A stretch of DNA of 51,529 nucleotides from an uncultured Gammaproteobacteria bacterium (GTDB lineage: Bacteria > Patescibacteriota > Patescibacteriia > CAYHVQ01), in assembly GCA_964360435.1 (NCBI GenBank), contig CAYHVQ010000003.1, positions 1 to 51,529 on the forward strand. The letters run 5' to 3'. The notes below the pieces were generated by a model. The model made no database searches. It was not told the origin of the DNA and saw nothing but the letters and a program-made list of their open reading frames with translations. Each line of letters starts with the position of its first letter. The stretch's first letter is position 1. The position numbers were made by a program, and so were the translations under genes. Shown one piece after another: positions 37,685 to 47,371 of this stretch.

Positions 37685-38476
37685 ATGCCTTTGTGTTTTG
37701 CAGCGGTTGTCCCCCACTCCTACGCTCTTCTTCCATCACTAGCGGGTCAAAAGCGGTATTCCGTGAACCGCACACATGCCGCGTTGCGAGAACTTTCAGA
37801 AGAACTTTACGCGGCCAATCCAGACGCGGTTGTGATCTTAACTCCGCATGGTCTTTTTTTAGAAACAACATTTACCCTGAATATTGCGCACGAGTATCAA
37901 AGTGATTTTTCAGCAATTGGAGATTTTTCTCAATCGCGGATCTATCATGCTCCGATTGACCTCGCACAGCGTATTCGTTCTTCCGCACGAAGCGCGCATC
38001 TTCCCCTTCATGTAACTTCCTCACCAACGCTCGACGTGGGAACAGCCATCCCCCTCTATTTTTTAGCGAAGGAATTGAGGAGGGATCGGATCCTTCCGCT
38101 GTCGGATACCGGCCTTTCATTGGAGGAACATCATCGGATGGGTCGAGCGCTATCCGACGCCTTTCATCAAACCCTTGATCGCGTCGCTGTACTCTGTTCG
38201 GCGGAACTCGCCCATTGTTTATCCTCAAAAGCGCCGACGCCTTACCATGAACGCGGGAAAAAACTTGATCAAGCCATTTTGGAAACGATGCGGCACGGTC
38301 GTATCCTGCCAGATGTTCTTGACCCCGAGCTCCTGACCATTGCGGCTTCCTGTGGCATTCGACCGCTAAAAATCCTCGAGGGGATCTTAGAGGAAATCCC
38401 GTTCTCGGTGCGCGTTCTTCACTACGAGGCGCCAGTCGGTATTGGTTTTTTGACTGCTTCGATTTCCTTTACATGA
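37685..38476 (+). CDS. MEMO/LigB-fold (AmmeMemoRadiSam B-like) protein
   Basis: VVPH, TPHG, LD.GT.IPL, SAELAH, SCG.RP and YEAP.GIG motifs. Confidence 0.75.
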   Translation: MPLCFAAVVPHSYALLPSLAGQKRYSVNRTHAALRELSEELYAANPDAVVILTPHGLFLETTFTLNIAHEYQSDFSAIGDFSQSRIYHAPIDLAQRIRSSARSAHLPLHVTSSPTLDVGTAIPLYFLAKELRRDRILPLSDTGLSLEEHHRMGRALSDAFHQTLDRVAVLCSAELAHCLSSKAPTPYHERGKKLDQAILETMRHGRILPDVLDPELLTIAASCGIRPLKILEGILEEIPFSVRVLHYEAPVGIGFLTASISFT

Positions 38477-40389
38477 AGCCAGCATACGCTATTGTCATGC
38501 CTGCGCGGAAGATGACTCGGAAGGCACAAGGGTTTGATTATATCATTCCCCCTGTTCTGCGCTCCGAGCTTCGCATCGGCGATTTTGTGGATATTCCGTT
38601 CCGGTCACGGATTTTACTTGGCGTTGTCCTTGAGTTGAATGCGAAAACGACACAGCCGCCGGATCGTTTAAAAGCCATCCTTCGCATTCGGACGGACTCT
38701 CCCCGTTTTCCAAAACCATACCTGCAATGGCTACAGTGGTTTTCAGCGTATTATGGAGTCTCATTATCTCATGCCCTTCACCGCTCGCTGGCAGAAGCTC
38801 CAAAACGCCAACGATCGCCTATGCAGAGCCCTAGGAAACTTGAAGGGGTTCCCATTCGTTTGTCCAAAATACGCGCGCAGGAAATTTTAAATGCAACGAA
38901 AAAAATTCGCACGGAAAAACCCCATCTTCTCCAATGGTGGAATAGAAATGAACGCGATGCGACCTACTTTTTTCTTTGTCAGCGAGTGGAAGGCGCATCT
39001 AAACAGATTTTGTTGATTTTTTCAACTCAAGAAGAAGCGCAGAGATTCGTCACACGGCTACCAGCATCTCTCCAGAAAAAAACAACATTGATCGCGGACG
39101 GCGGCAAGCAGTCGCGATTTAAGCAATGGCAAGCAGTCGCGCAGGGACAAAAAAACATCATTTGTGGAACGCGCCGCGCGCTTTGGTTCCCCTTCCCACT
39201 ACTTGGCATGGTGATTGTGGATGAAGAGCAGCACGAATATCATAAACAGGCGGATCAGAATCCACGTTATCACGCGCGGACGGCGGCATTGGCGCTTGCG
39301 GAGGCTTACGGAATTCCAGCCCTGCTTTCTTCTATCCACCCGAGTCTTGAAGCACGCACGCTTGTCCTCGAATCCCAACGGATCATTTTGCGACATCCGC
39401 AAAATGTCCATGTGACGCTTGTTTCTCGGCTCGAAGAAATTCGAAAAGGAAACTATGAGCTCATTTCGGAGAAACTGGAAGAAATCATTCAAATAACCAT
39501 TCAACGTAAGCAAAATGTTTTTCTCTTTCATAATCGGACGGGACTGTTTCATCAACTTCAATGCCGAACATGTGAATCCGCCGTGGAATGCCCGACCTGC
39601 CGAGTCCCTCTTTTTTTGACGGCGGCGGAAGATCCCCGGTGTCCTCGTTGTCAAAAACCTCAACGACCGGTTACCGCGTGCTCTGCCTGCGGTGGAGTAA
39701 CGTTTTCGAAAAGACGAAAGGGTCTGATCGGATTAAAACACGATGTGAAAAAAAACCTTCCTCAGACTCCGGTTGTGATCTTGGATCGCGTGCGCTCGCA
39801 GATCCAGACTTCTGTGCCAACGGTGTTTCTTGGACCAACGAGCCTCATTCCGCTGTTGAAAGAAATTCCAGCGATGGGCATGGCCGGCGTGATTCACGCG
39901 GAACAGCTATTGCAGTCGTTCAATTTTCGTTCCGGCGAGCGGATGGTTCAGACGATGATCGCGTTGCAATCCGTTTGTGATTCTGCGGGTATCCGCGAAT
40001 GCGTGATTCAGTCAAATGCCCCTGACCACCCACTGATACAGACGATCCTAGACCACGATTTTGACACATTTTATGAACGTGAACTTGAAGAAAGGAAAGA
40101 ATTTGGATTTCCCCCAATTGGATCTATTGTGAAATTCCTTATTAAAGATTCAGAAATGCAGGCCGCTGAGAAGAAAGCACGGGAACTTGATCACGTTCTG
40201 CGCGACGCATGGAGTCGCGACGACCCGCACATTGAGGTTCTGTCTCCCATGCCAACTTCCGAGCCATCGCTGTATCAAAACGCGGTCATGATTATTATTG
40301 CGCGAAAAAAACAGGGATCCATTCAAATTCCATGGGGCTCAATCCCCGACGATGTCCTTGTGGACGTCGAACCTGAACATTTTCACTAG
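38473..40389 (+). CDS. priA: Primosomal protein N' (degenerate helicase motifs)
   Basis: FDY.IP, V.IPF, VDEEQ, PRYHAR, four CxxC pairs and ELEERK..GFPP motifs; upstream of fmt. Confidence 0.88.
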   Translation: MKPAYAIVMPARKMTRKAQGFDYIIPPVLRSELRIGDFVDIPFRSRILLGVVLELNAKTTQPPDRLKAILRIRTDSPRFPKPYLQWLQWFSAYYGVSLSHALHRSLAEAPKRQRSPMQSPRKLEGVPIRLSKIRAQEILNATKKIRTEKPHLLQWWNRNERDATYFFLCQRVEGASKQILLIFSTQEEAQRFVTRLPASLQKKTTLIADGGKQSRFKQWQAVAQGQKNIICGTRRALWFPFPLLGMVIVDEEQHEYHKQADQNPRYHARTAALALAEAYGIPALLSSIHPSLEARTLVLESQRIILRHPQNVHVTLVSRLEEIRKGNYELISEKLEEIIQITIQRKQNVFLFHNRTGLFHQLQCRTCESAVECPTCRVPLFLTAAEDPRCPRCQKPQRPVTACSACGGVTFSKRRKGLIGLKHDVKKNLPQTPVVILDRVRSQIQTSVPTVFLGPTSLIPLLKEIPAMGMAGVIHAEQLLQSFNFRSGERMVQTMIALQSVCDSAGIRECVIQSNAPDHPLIQTILDHDFDTFYERELEERKEFGFPPIGSIVKFLIKDSEMQAAEKKARELDHVLRDAWSRDDPHIEVLSPMPTSEPSLYQNAVMIIIARKKQGSIQIPWGSIPDDVLVDVEPEHFH

Positions 40390-40393
40390 ACTC

Positions 40394-41365
40394 ATGTCTT
40401 CCTTTTCCAATAAGCGGATCGTTTTTTTCGGGACGCCGCAGTTTTCCGTTCCAACACTAGAGATGTTGATTCAGAACGCATTTCCCGTTGTGGGCGTTGT
40501 GACCCAGCCCGATCGGCCAGCAGGTCGCGGTCAGGCTCTCATCCCTTCTCCCGTGAAGGAGGTTGCGCTTCGGGCAGGATTACCACTCCTTCAATCAGCA
40601 TCGTTTCGGGATCCGCTTGCGCTCAAAGCACTCGCCGCATGGAAGCCTACGATTGGAGTTGTTGTTGCCTATGGGAACCTTCTTCCGGACAAGGCTCTGA
40701 ATCTTTTTCCGGATGGCGTGGTTAATCTCCACCCATCTCTCCTTCCAAAATATCGCGGCCCATCGCCGATTCAAACTGCAATATTGCGCGGGGATGCCAC
40801 AACGGGAGTAAGTGTCATGTTGCTTGACGAGGGAATGGATAGCGGCCCAATCTATGCGCAAAAAAGAGAACGGATCAAAAAAACCGACACCGCGCGGACG
40901 TTAAGTCTTCGGCTCGCAAGCGTTTGTGCAGAGCTTTTATGTAAATTTCTCCCAAGCATCCTTGCGCATAAAGTGAGACCCGAGCCCCAAAATGAAAAAA
41001 AGGTAACCATCACAAAACTCCTCACAAAAGAAGATGGCGGGATTGACTGGAACCAAAGCGCGATCCAGGTGGATCGGCGTGTTCGGGCAATGATCGGCTG
41101 GCCTGGCGCCTGGGCTGAATGGGAAGGCGCGAATCACTTAAGACGAGTGCGAATTTGTATTCTCGAGGGCGCGCCCCTCGAAGCATCTCATGATGTAGCC
41201 TCGAAAATCGGTTCACTGACGAAGCTTCCAGCCTTCCCGCTCGTAGTGCAAACCGGCCGTGGACGATATATCATCCATAAACTTCAGCGGGAGGGAAAAC
41301 AGCCGCTCATGTCCGATGCGTTCCTTCGCGGCCAACAAGATTTTTATGCAGGACGCTTTCGCTAG
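40394..41365 (+). CDS. fmt: Methionyl-tRNA formyltransferase
   Basis: FFGTPQF, VTQPDRP.GRG, NLHPSLLPKYRGPSP and GMDSGP motifs; ATG 40394. Confidence 0.95.
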   Translation: MSSFSNKRIVFFGTPQFSVPTLEMLIQNAFPVVGVVTQPDRPAGRGQALIPSPVKEVALRAGLPLLQSASFRDPLALKALAAWKPTIGVVVAYGNLLPDKALNLFPDGVVNLHPSLLPKYRGPSPIQTAILRGDATTGVSVMLLDEGMDSGPIYAQKRERIKKTDTARTLSLRLASVCAELLCKFLPSILAHKVRPEPQNEKKVTITKLLTKEDGGIDWNQSAIQVDRRVRAMIGWPGAWAEWEGANHLRRVRICILEGAPLEASHDVASKIGSLTKLPAFPLVVQTGRGRYIIHKLQREGKQPLMSDAFLRGQQDFYAGRFR

Positions 41366-42543
41366 TACGCGGCTAATAGGTGTTGGAATTGAATGACGAT
41401 TTCATAAAAAATGCCAATTCCAAAAACGAGAATCATCACCCAGCGTCCCGTTTCAGGGATGCGTAAATGAAACTCCGGTTTTCGTTTCCCAAGTTTTCCC
41501 GCTCGTGCGTGTGCGAGGAGGATGAGGATGCCTTCTGTTCCTCCCATAATCGCACCTACCGCGCTGATAATGGAAACAAACGTTGTCAGTTGCGCAAGGA
41601 GGACAATAAACGGTGTTGCGAGCACGGCAATCCATGCCCGAGTGGGTCGCCAACGGAAGTCAAAGGTAAACATCTCCTTCAGGATGAGTCCGAGCGACAG
41701 AAAAGAAGTTGTCATCGCCAGAACACCGAATAATGCGCCAAACGTCACAATCGAGCCGCCAAGTGTTGTCTTGAGTCCAGTAATCGCATCGGGGGTCGTA
41801 AGAGAGCCGGAAACAAAAACAACCGATAGTCCAAAAAGTAAATAGACGACAAACGGAATGAGCATCCCGAGCTGGATCGCTCGTTTTAGTTTTTGACTTT
41901 GGGCACCAAGGATCGTGCGCATATCTGGGATCGCGCTTGCCGATGCAAAGGCAAATAAAATCACGCCGTACGGCAAAAACCACTCGGAAGGATTGACAAG
42001 TGGGATATCCGTTAACCGCCAAAATCGGAAACTTGTTGCGATAATCAGCGCAACGACCAGTACTAAGAATACTGTCATCACCTTTTCAATAGAGACAACC
42101 ATCCCCAAGCCAACGAAAAGCGCGATTCCGCAGATCCCAAGGAAGGCAAGGCTATAGATGATAGCAGATCCCCCGAGCGTCGAGCCAAGCAGGAGATGCA
42201 AAAAATTACCAACTTGGATGGTGTACGCAATCAGCGCTCCATAAATTCCAAAGACGAGCGCTGCGGTTGCGATCCATCGCGCACGCCGACCTAAATACCG
42301 CTCAACGTATCCCGTAAGTTGATGCGCGTCCTGGGTTCTCAAAATAATCTCGCCATAGGCAAGTGAGGTGATCAAAACGATAAAGCCAAGAATTACTGCG
42401 TAGGTGATCCCAAGGACAACTCCCGCGCGGCTGAATGTGTATGGAATCGCAAAAATGCCCGCCCCAATAGCCGTGCCAACAAACATGGCAACGGCACCGA
42501 GAAAAGGAGAGCGAATATTGATGCTAAGATTCGTCTTTGGCAA
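41362..42543 (-). CDS. Aromatic amino-acid (HAAAP, Mtr/TyrP-like) permease
   Basis: GTAIGAGIFAIP, YGVILFA and AMTTSF motifs; about 11 TM segments; start uncertain. Confidence 0.82.
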   Translation of the reverse strand: MPKTNLSINIRSPFLGAVAMFVGTAIGAGIFAIPYTFSRAGVVLGITYAVILGFIVLITSLAYGEIILRTQDAHQLTGYVERYLGRRARWIATAALVFGIYGALIAYTIQVGNFLHLLLGSTLGGSAIIYSLAFLGICGIALFVGLGMVVSIEKVMTVFLVLVVALIIATSFRFWRLTDIPLVNPSEWFLPYGVILFAFASASAIPDMRTILGAQSQKLKRAIQLGMLIPFVVYLLFGLSVVFVSGSLTTPDAITGLKTTLGGSIVTFGALFGVLAMTTSFLSLGLILKEMFTFDFRWRPTRAWIAVLATPFIVLLAQLTTFVSIISAVGAIMGGTEGILILLAHARAGKLGKRKPEFHLRIPETGRWVMILVFGIGIFYEIVIQFQHLLAAY

Positions 42544-42925
42544 AGATGTTGATATACTTTTTTACCTGCTGGACAATCACGCCAGGATCCACATTCGATT
42601 TGACGAGATACGCCACCGCCCCTTCTGCAACCGCGCGATCCATATCATTAGGTTCTCCAAGATTTGAAAGCATCACAACCGGAACCGATTCCGTATCGGG
42701 GTCGCTTTTGAGCGCCTGTAAGACCGCAAACCCATCCATTTTAGGAAGGAGAATGTCAAGAAGGATAAGATCTGGATGTTCCGTTTTTGCGGTTTCTAAA
42801 ACGTCCTGACCGTTATCCACAACAACAACATGGTACGAGGAATCTTGCTCAAGTTTGGTTTTGAGTGTTGAGGAAAGCAGAGCCTCGTCCTCAACAATGA
42901 GAATGATTGGAGAAAATTTTGACAT
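42524..42925 (-). CDS. Single-domain response regulator (receiver only)
   Basis: ILIVED, PDLILLDILLP..DG, PVVMLSN and YLVK motifs. Confidence 0.9.
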   Translation of the reverse strand: MSKFSPIILIVEDEALLSSTLKTKLEQDSSYHVVVVDNGQDVLETAKTEHPDLILLDILLPKMDGFAVLQALKSDPDTESVPVVMLSNLGEPNDMDRAVAEGAVAYLVKSNVDPGVIVQQVKKYINIFAKDES

Positions 42926-42931
42926 AAGATT

Positions 42932-42960
42932 AGTATACCAAATTTTTCAGCCGATGACCA
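42932..42960 (-). promoter_or_regulatory. Putative leaderless promoter of the response regulator
   Basis: TGGTCA-17 nt-TATACT with extended TGG; 6 nt from the -10 box to the ATG. Confidence 0.6.
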
Positions 42961-42964
42961 GCGA

Positions 42965-44473
42965 TTACACTTTTGGAGTTTCGCCGTAAACATACACCGG
43001 CGTTCCAATGGGCGCCCACTCCCAGAACCATTTTGCATCCTCATTCCGGAGATTCGCGCAACCATGACTCATGGGTGTCCCGAAGTTGTTATGCCAATAC
43101 GTTCCATGAAGGCTGTATCCGCGGTCGTAGAACATTGTCCATTGAACATTGGGCAATGAGTAGCCCGGACCGCTCATCGTTTGCCTGCGAGTTTTATAAT
43201 AAATTTTCCATTGACCCGTATTCGTATAGTACGGCGGTCGGCCGGTTGACGTTCTTGCAAAATACAAGAGCTTGCCATCTTCATATCCATAAACAGTTTG
43301 CGATGTGAGGTCAATCGCTATAACCTTCCCCTCTTTCATCGGCGGTTCGGGGTTTTCTTGCACAACATTTGGACGTTCAACGGTCTCCATTGCCAGCGTT
43401 ATTTCTCGATTTCCACTTTCCAACAGTGATTGAACAATGCGCCGTGTCATGTCGGGAATATTGAGCGCAAGGCCATCCGACCCCTCCTGGGTTACAAGGG
43501 TTTTTTGTGCAGCAACTCTTTCGATCCGTGGGGTTGGTGAGTGATTCATCTCCTTTCCTAATTCAAGAAGATAGGCTTGAATTTCTTCCGTATCCACATT
43601 CACAGAGAACGTACGATCCAAACTGGGATCTGGAATGCTGTAAATTAAATTCCCCTGATCATTGCGATCGAGCTCCAAAAAAACAATCCAGCTCTCAATA
43701 TCTTCCTTTGAAATGACCCACTTCTTTTGCTCATGGGTGAGCGTGAGTTCCTGCGAAAGGATGATTTGGGAAAGATCGCGGACTTCTTGAACTTGCGTCA
43801 AATTTAATCTTGGATCTTGCATGACGATCTTGACTTCAACCGGCTCCTTAAAATTTTGCCAAACGACCGTAAGCTGAATATCCTGTGCAAGCTTCTCGGT
43901 TTGAAGTTCAACACCTGCCTGACCTGGAGCGAGGATGAATTGATGATTTTGGATTTTTAATCCGTGTTCTTGAAGGGGAATATTGATCGCACGGGCGAGC
44001 GACGCGATATATTGATTCAACTTTTCGCGATCAATCACAAGGACGGAAGGAACTGCGGTGGGTTGTCGCCACCATGCCTTCCAAAAGACATTAATTCGCG
44101 TAGCCAGAGTGCCGCTACGACCAACAGACCATGCCTGAATAAGGGTTTTTTGAACATCCATTGTAACCCCTAACCGATCCAGCGTGGGATTCCATTCCAT
44201 GCCGCGGGTCGTCTCCCCTTCTCCGATAAGCTGAAGGCTCAAAAACGCCTCCTCTTGATTGGTCTGATTTTGGGATTTCAAGAGCGTTTCCGCGACTGTC
44301 CAGGTTAAGCCGCCGATTACAGTATCACCAACCTTCACGCCAGGAAAAAATTCATCGGATGCTTGGATCCACCACAATCCCGCAAGGGAAAGGATTGCAA
44401 AACAAAAAACACTGACCCATCCAACGCCCGTTGCAGCACTGCGCATGATGACCGAATTCCTCCGCTCGTTCAT
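42965..44473 (-). CDS. L,D-transpeptidase (YkuD) with PG_binding_4-type domains
   Basis: N-terminal TM; IDL..Q, STG and LHGTYWH..FGTPMSHGCANL motifs. Confidence 0.9.
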   Translation of the reverse strand: MNERRNSVIMRSAATGVGWVSVFCFAILSLAGLWWIQASDEFFPGVKVGDTVIGGLTWTVAETLLKSQNQTNQEEAFLSLQLIGEGETTRGMEWNPTLDRLGVTMDVQKTLIQAWSVGRSGTLATRINVFWKAWWRQPTAVPSVLVIDREKLNQYIASLARAINIPLQEHGLKIQNHQFILAPGQAGVELQTEKLAQDIQLTVVWQNFKEPVEVKIVMQDPRLNLTQVQEVRDLSQIILSQELTLTHEQKKWVISKEDIESWIVFLELDRNDQGNLIYSIPDPSLDRTFSVNVDTEEIQAYLLELGKEMNHSPTPRIERVAAQKTLVTQEGSDGLALNIPDMTRRIVQSLLESGNREITLAMETVERPNVVQENPEPPMKEGKVIAIDLTSQTVYGYEDGKLLYFARTSTGRPPYYTNTGQWKIYYKTRRQTMSGPGYSLPNVQWTMFYDRGYSLHGTYWHNNFGTPMSHGCANLRNEDAKWFWEWAPIGTPVYVYGETPKV

Positions 44474-44478
44474 GTTTG

Positions 44479-44700
44479 TTAGATTATTTGTTCCCCGGTC
44501 TCTGTGTTGATAATGTGAATCACTTGCACTGGACAGGACTCTGCCGCCTCCCTTTCCTTTGCGAGTTCCTCCTCGGTGATCATTTCTTTGTGAAAAGTCG
44601 CCTTCCCGTCATCGCTCAATTCCCAGTTTTCCGAGACCGCAGTGCAAGAAGCGGCTCCAATGCACCCCTCCCGATCATAGACAATTTTATACGTTGCCAT
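44479..44700 (-). CDS. Single-cluster ferredoxin, probably [3Fe-4S]
   Basis: CIGAASC...AAESCPVQVI motif; ATG 44700. Confidence 0.88.
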   Translation of the reverse strand: MATYKIVYDREGCIGAASCTAVSENWELSDDGKATFHKEMITEEELAKEREAAESCPVQVIHIINTETGEQII

Positions 44701-44756
44701 AAATATGATAATTTTCAGAAGCAATTAAGGGAATTTAAACAACAATACACCATTCG

Positions 44757-46409
44757 TTAATCTGCTACAACTTTATTGCGCCGATAGAGTCGCGCTTCCT
44801 GCGGGTTAGACTCTACACCATAAAGCTTCCAAGTTTGTAATAATTGAAATTGACGAAAAATTTCACTATTCGGGTTGGCTTCTTCGCGAGCGATCTCGGG
44901 AAGAAACCCTGCCCACTGTACAGGGCCTTGATTGCCAGTTTTTGTAATAAGGTAGTCGCCTTTCAAAATATCCTCACGCCAATTTTGATGTCGGATCTCA
45001 CTGCTTAAACGATAGTCTGTTCGAAATGTATTGTTGGGATGATCAAGACCGGACAAACGAGCGGCAAACTGAATTTGCGCGGCCGTGAGATAAATACTGT
45101 TTGGAACAACCACGATGTTCGTCGGGCGACTTTTGGGAAATTGCGCCTGATCTCTACGAATTCGCTCCGTGATCTCTCTAAGGTTCGTATGATATTGACT
45201 GGGGGTGACTAACCCGTACGGGATCCCGTTTGGCGCCGGTGGAAAATAGCCGTACGTCCATCGCGCGATGATGGATTTTTGTTCCCATTTCTGCGATGTG
45301 AACGTCATCCCCCACGTGGTGTCCACCCAAAAGAATAGCGCAATACCGCAGATGACACCAAGCAGCACACGCTGAAAATTTTTGCGAAGAGGCTCTACAG
45401 AAAGCACTGTGAGAATCGCCAGCGCAGGAAAAATCGGCAAAAGATATCGGGGCTCCTTCGAGAAAAACAAAAAAGTCATGATGAAATAGGCTCCAAAAAC
45501 CCACGCAAGCAAAAAGAGATCGCGCTGCCGATGCCGCCATCCTGCAATAATGAGCACCGGAACCAGCACGAGGCTTATCAAGAATCCGACCCCTTTAATC
45601 GTTCCATGCGCGTAATAGACGATATTTTTCACACTCCACAGATCCTCCGTCGGCACAGAAAACCCGTTTCTACGAGCCCCTTGAAGCGCGTCGAAAATCC
45701 CTCGAACATGCGCTAGATACCATGGTGCCGCAATCAACCCAGCAACGACCGTAGCAAGACAAAAATTTTGCGCAGCAAAAACATTAAATTCTTTTTTCCG
45801 CCATGCAAAAAAAAGATCTGTAAGGATTGGTGGTGCGATAAAAACCACGGCAGTCCACTTTGTCAGGAATGTTAGGCCTAAAACGGCGCCAAATGCAAGA
45901 GTCCATGCGCGATGATTCCCTCGTTGGCTTTTTAGATAAAACGCAAGCGAAAGCGTAGTCACCGTAACCAATTGGTAATCCAAATCATAAATTCTGCTGA
46001 AGTGCGAAAGTTGCGGGTAAAAAAATGTGAGAGCCGCGGCGGCGATGGCAAGATATTTATTTTTTGTCAACTGAATTGTCATCATCGCAACTGTCCCCAT
46101 AAGCAAGAGAACATAAAAGACAACAGAAAATTGCGGGATATCCGCGTGAGAACCGAACATCCAAAATAAGAGACCCGTAAAGATGTAGTTGAGCGGCGGA
46201 TACGCGGAGTCAAACCGCACAATATCGTCCCAGCGTCCGGTCTCCATGAGTTGGCCGATATGAGCCGCGCGGTGTGAATGACCCGCCATGTCCCACAGTG
46301 GCGGACTTTGATCTGCACGAATCCAAAAAATATTGCTGATGGAGATGAAAAGTAAGAAGATGCAAAAGATGATCTCTGGGGCATGCTGACGAATCGCGCG
46401 GATGAGCAT
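44757..46409 (-). CDS. GT-C fold membrane glycosyltransferase (ArnT/PMT_2-like)
   Basis: PP.WD...H, YPPL, LTKW, PWY and K.PRYLLP motifs; many TM segments. Confidence 0.82.
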   Translation of the reverse strand: MLIRAIRQHAPEIIFCIFLLFISISNIFWIRADQSPPLWDMAGHSHRAAHIGQLMETGRWDDIVRFDSAYPPLNYIFTGLLFWMFGSHADIPQFSVVFYVLLLMGTVAMMTIQLTKNKYLAIAAAALTFFYPQLSHFSRIYDLDYQLVTVTTLSLAFYLKSQRGNHRAWTLAFGAVLGLTFLTKWTAVVFIAPPILTDLFFAWRKKEFNVFAAQNFCLATVVAGLIAAPWYLAHVRGIFDALQGARRNGFSVPTEDLWSVKNIVYYAHGTIKGVGFLISLVLVPVLIIAGWRHRQRDLFLLAWVFGAYFIMTFLFFSKEPRYLLPIFPALAILTVLSVEPLRKNFQRVLLGVICGIALFFWVDTTWGMTFTSQKWEQKSIIARWTYGYFPPAPNGIPYGLVTPSQYHTNLREITERIRRDQAQFPKSRPTNIVVVPNSIYLTAAQIQFAARLSGLDHPNNTFRTDYRLSSEIRHQNWREDILKGDYLITKTGNQGPVQWAGFLPEIAREEANPNSEIFRQFQLLQTWKLYGVESNPQEARLYRRNKVVAD

Positions 46410-46426
46410 GGGTTGTACTAAATGAT

Positions 46427-47368
46427 TCAGGGCAGTCGAAGGAAAAGTTTCCGACGCTGACGAATAAGTGCTATTAAACCATCTCGCTCCAGGTTCTTCA
46501 AGAGCCGCTCAAACCATGCCCATTCCTCTTTTTTGAAATCCGGTTTAATTTGTTTTGCGACGATTCGTGCAGGGGAAATTGCGCCGATTTTCATTTCGCG
46601 CAACCGTTCCACGACTCGCCCGCGATAAATTCGATTCGGGATCTTTGGCGTTGAATCTGGGGCGGGTTCGACGCGGCGATGTTTTCGAGGCCGAGCGGTG
46701 GAAAGCAGTACTTGAATCTTAAACGCTGACCTGCATTGTGTTTGCAGTGGACAGGAATCACATTTTGGAATTTTCGCTGTGCAAATAAGAGCCCCAAAAT
46801 CCATCATCGCATGATTCCATAACCATCCCTTCCCGCGAGGAATGATCGCCTGCGCCCAGTCTATCAGCACGGAATCTGCAACGGTCTGTTTGGGAATTTC
46901 CGGCTCGGCAAAAAAACGGTGAATGACTCGCCGAACGTTCGTATCGAGAGCCGCCTGATCTTTTCGATGCGCAAAGCTTAAAAGCGCGCCTGCGGTGTAG
47001 GAGCCAACGCCAGGTAGACTTCGAAGCGCCTCTAAGGAATCTGGGAGACGCCCCTGATAATCTGAAATCATTTTCTGTGCCGCGCGCTGGAGGTAAAGGG
47101 CACGGCGATTATAGCCAAGACCTGCCCATTGAAAAATGACATCGCGGCGGCTCGCATTTGCGAGATCTGCTGCAGTTGGAAACCGCTCCAAAAAATGGAG
47201 ATACTTCGGAATCACATGATCCACTTGGGTTTGCTGGAGCATCATCTCCGACACGAGTATTGGATAATGTTCGCGGGTGTGGCGCCACGGCAGATCTCGA
47301 CCATGTCGGCCAAACCAACGTAAAATCACCGTTTGGAAAAACGACGGATTCCGAATGGCTTTTTTCAC
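46427..47368 (-). CDS. mutY: A/G-specific adenine glycosylase (short form)
   Basis: VSEMMLQQT, W.GLGY.RRA, HhH LPGVG.YTA, DTNVRRV and a C-x6-C-x2-C-x5-C Fe-S motif. Confidence 0.92.
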   Translation of the reverse strand: MKKAIRNPSFFQTVILRWFGRHGRDLPWRHTREHYPILVSEMMLQQTQVDHVIPKYLHFLERFPTAADLANASRRDVIFQWAGLGYNRRALYLQRAAQKMISDYQGRLPDSLEALRSLPGVGSYTAGALLSFAHRKDQAALDTNVRRVIHRFFAEPEIPKQTVADSVLIDWAQAIIPRGKGWLWNHAMMDFGALICTAKIPKCDSCPLQTQCRSAFKIQVLLSTARPRKHRRVEPAPDSTPKIPNRIYRGRVVERLREMKIGAISPARIVAKQIKPDFKKEEWAWFERLLKNLERDGLIALIRQRRKLFLRLP

Positions 47369-47371
47369 GTC

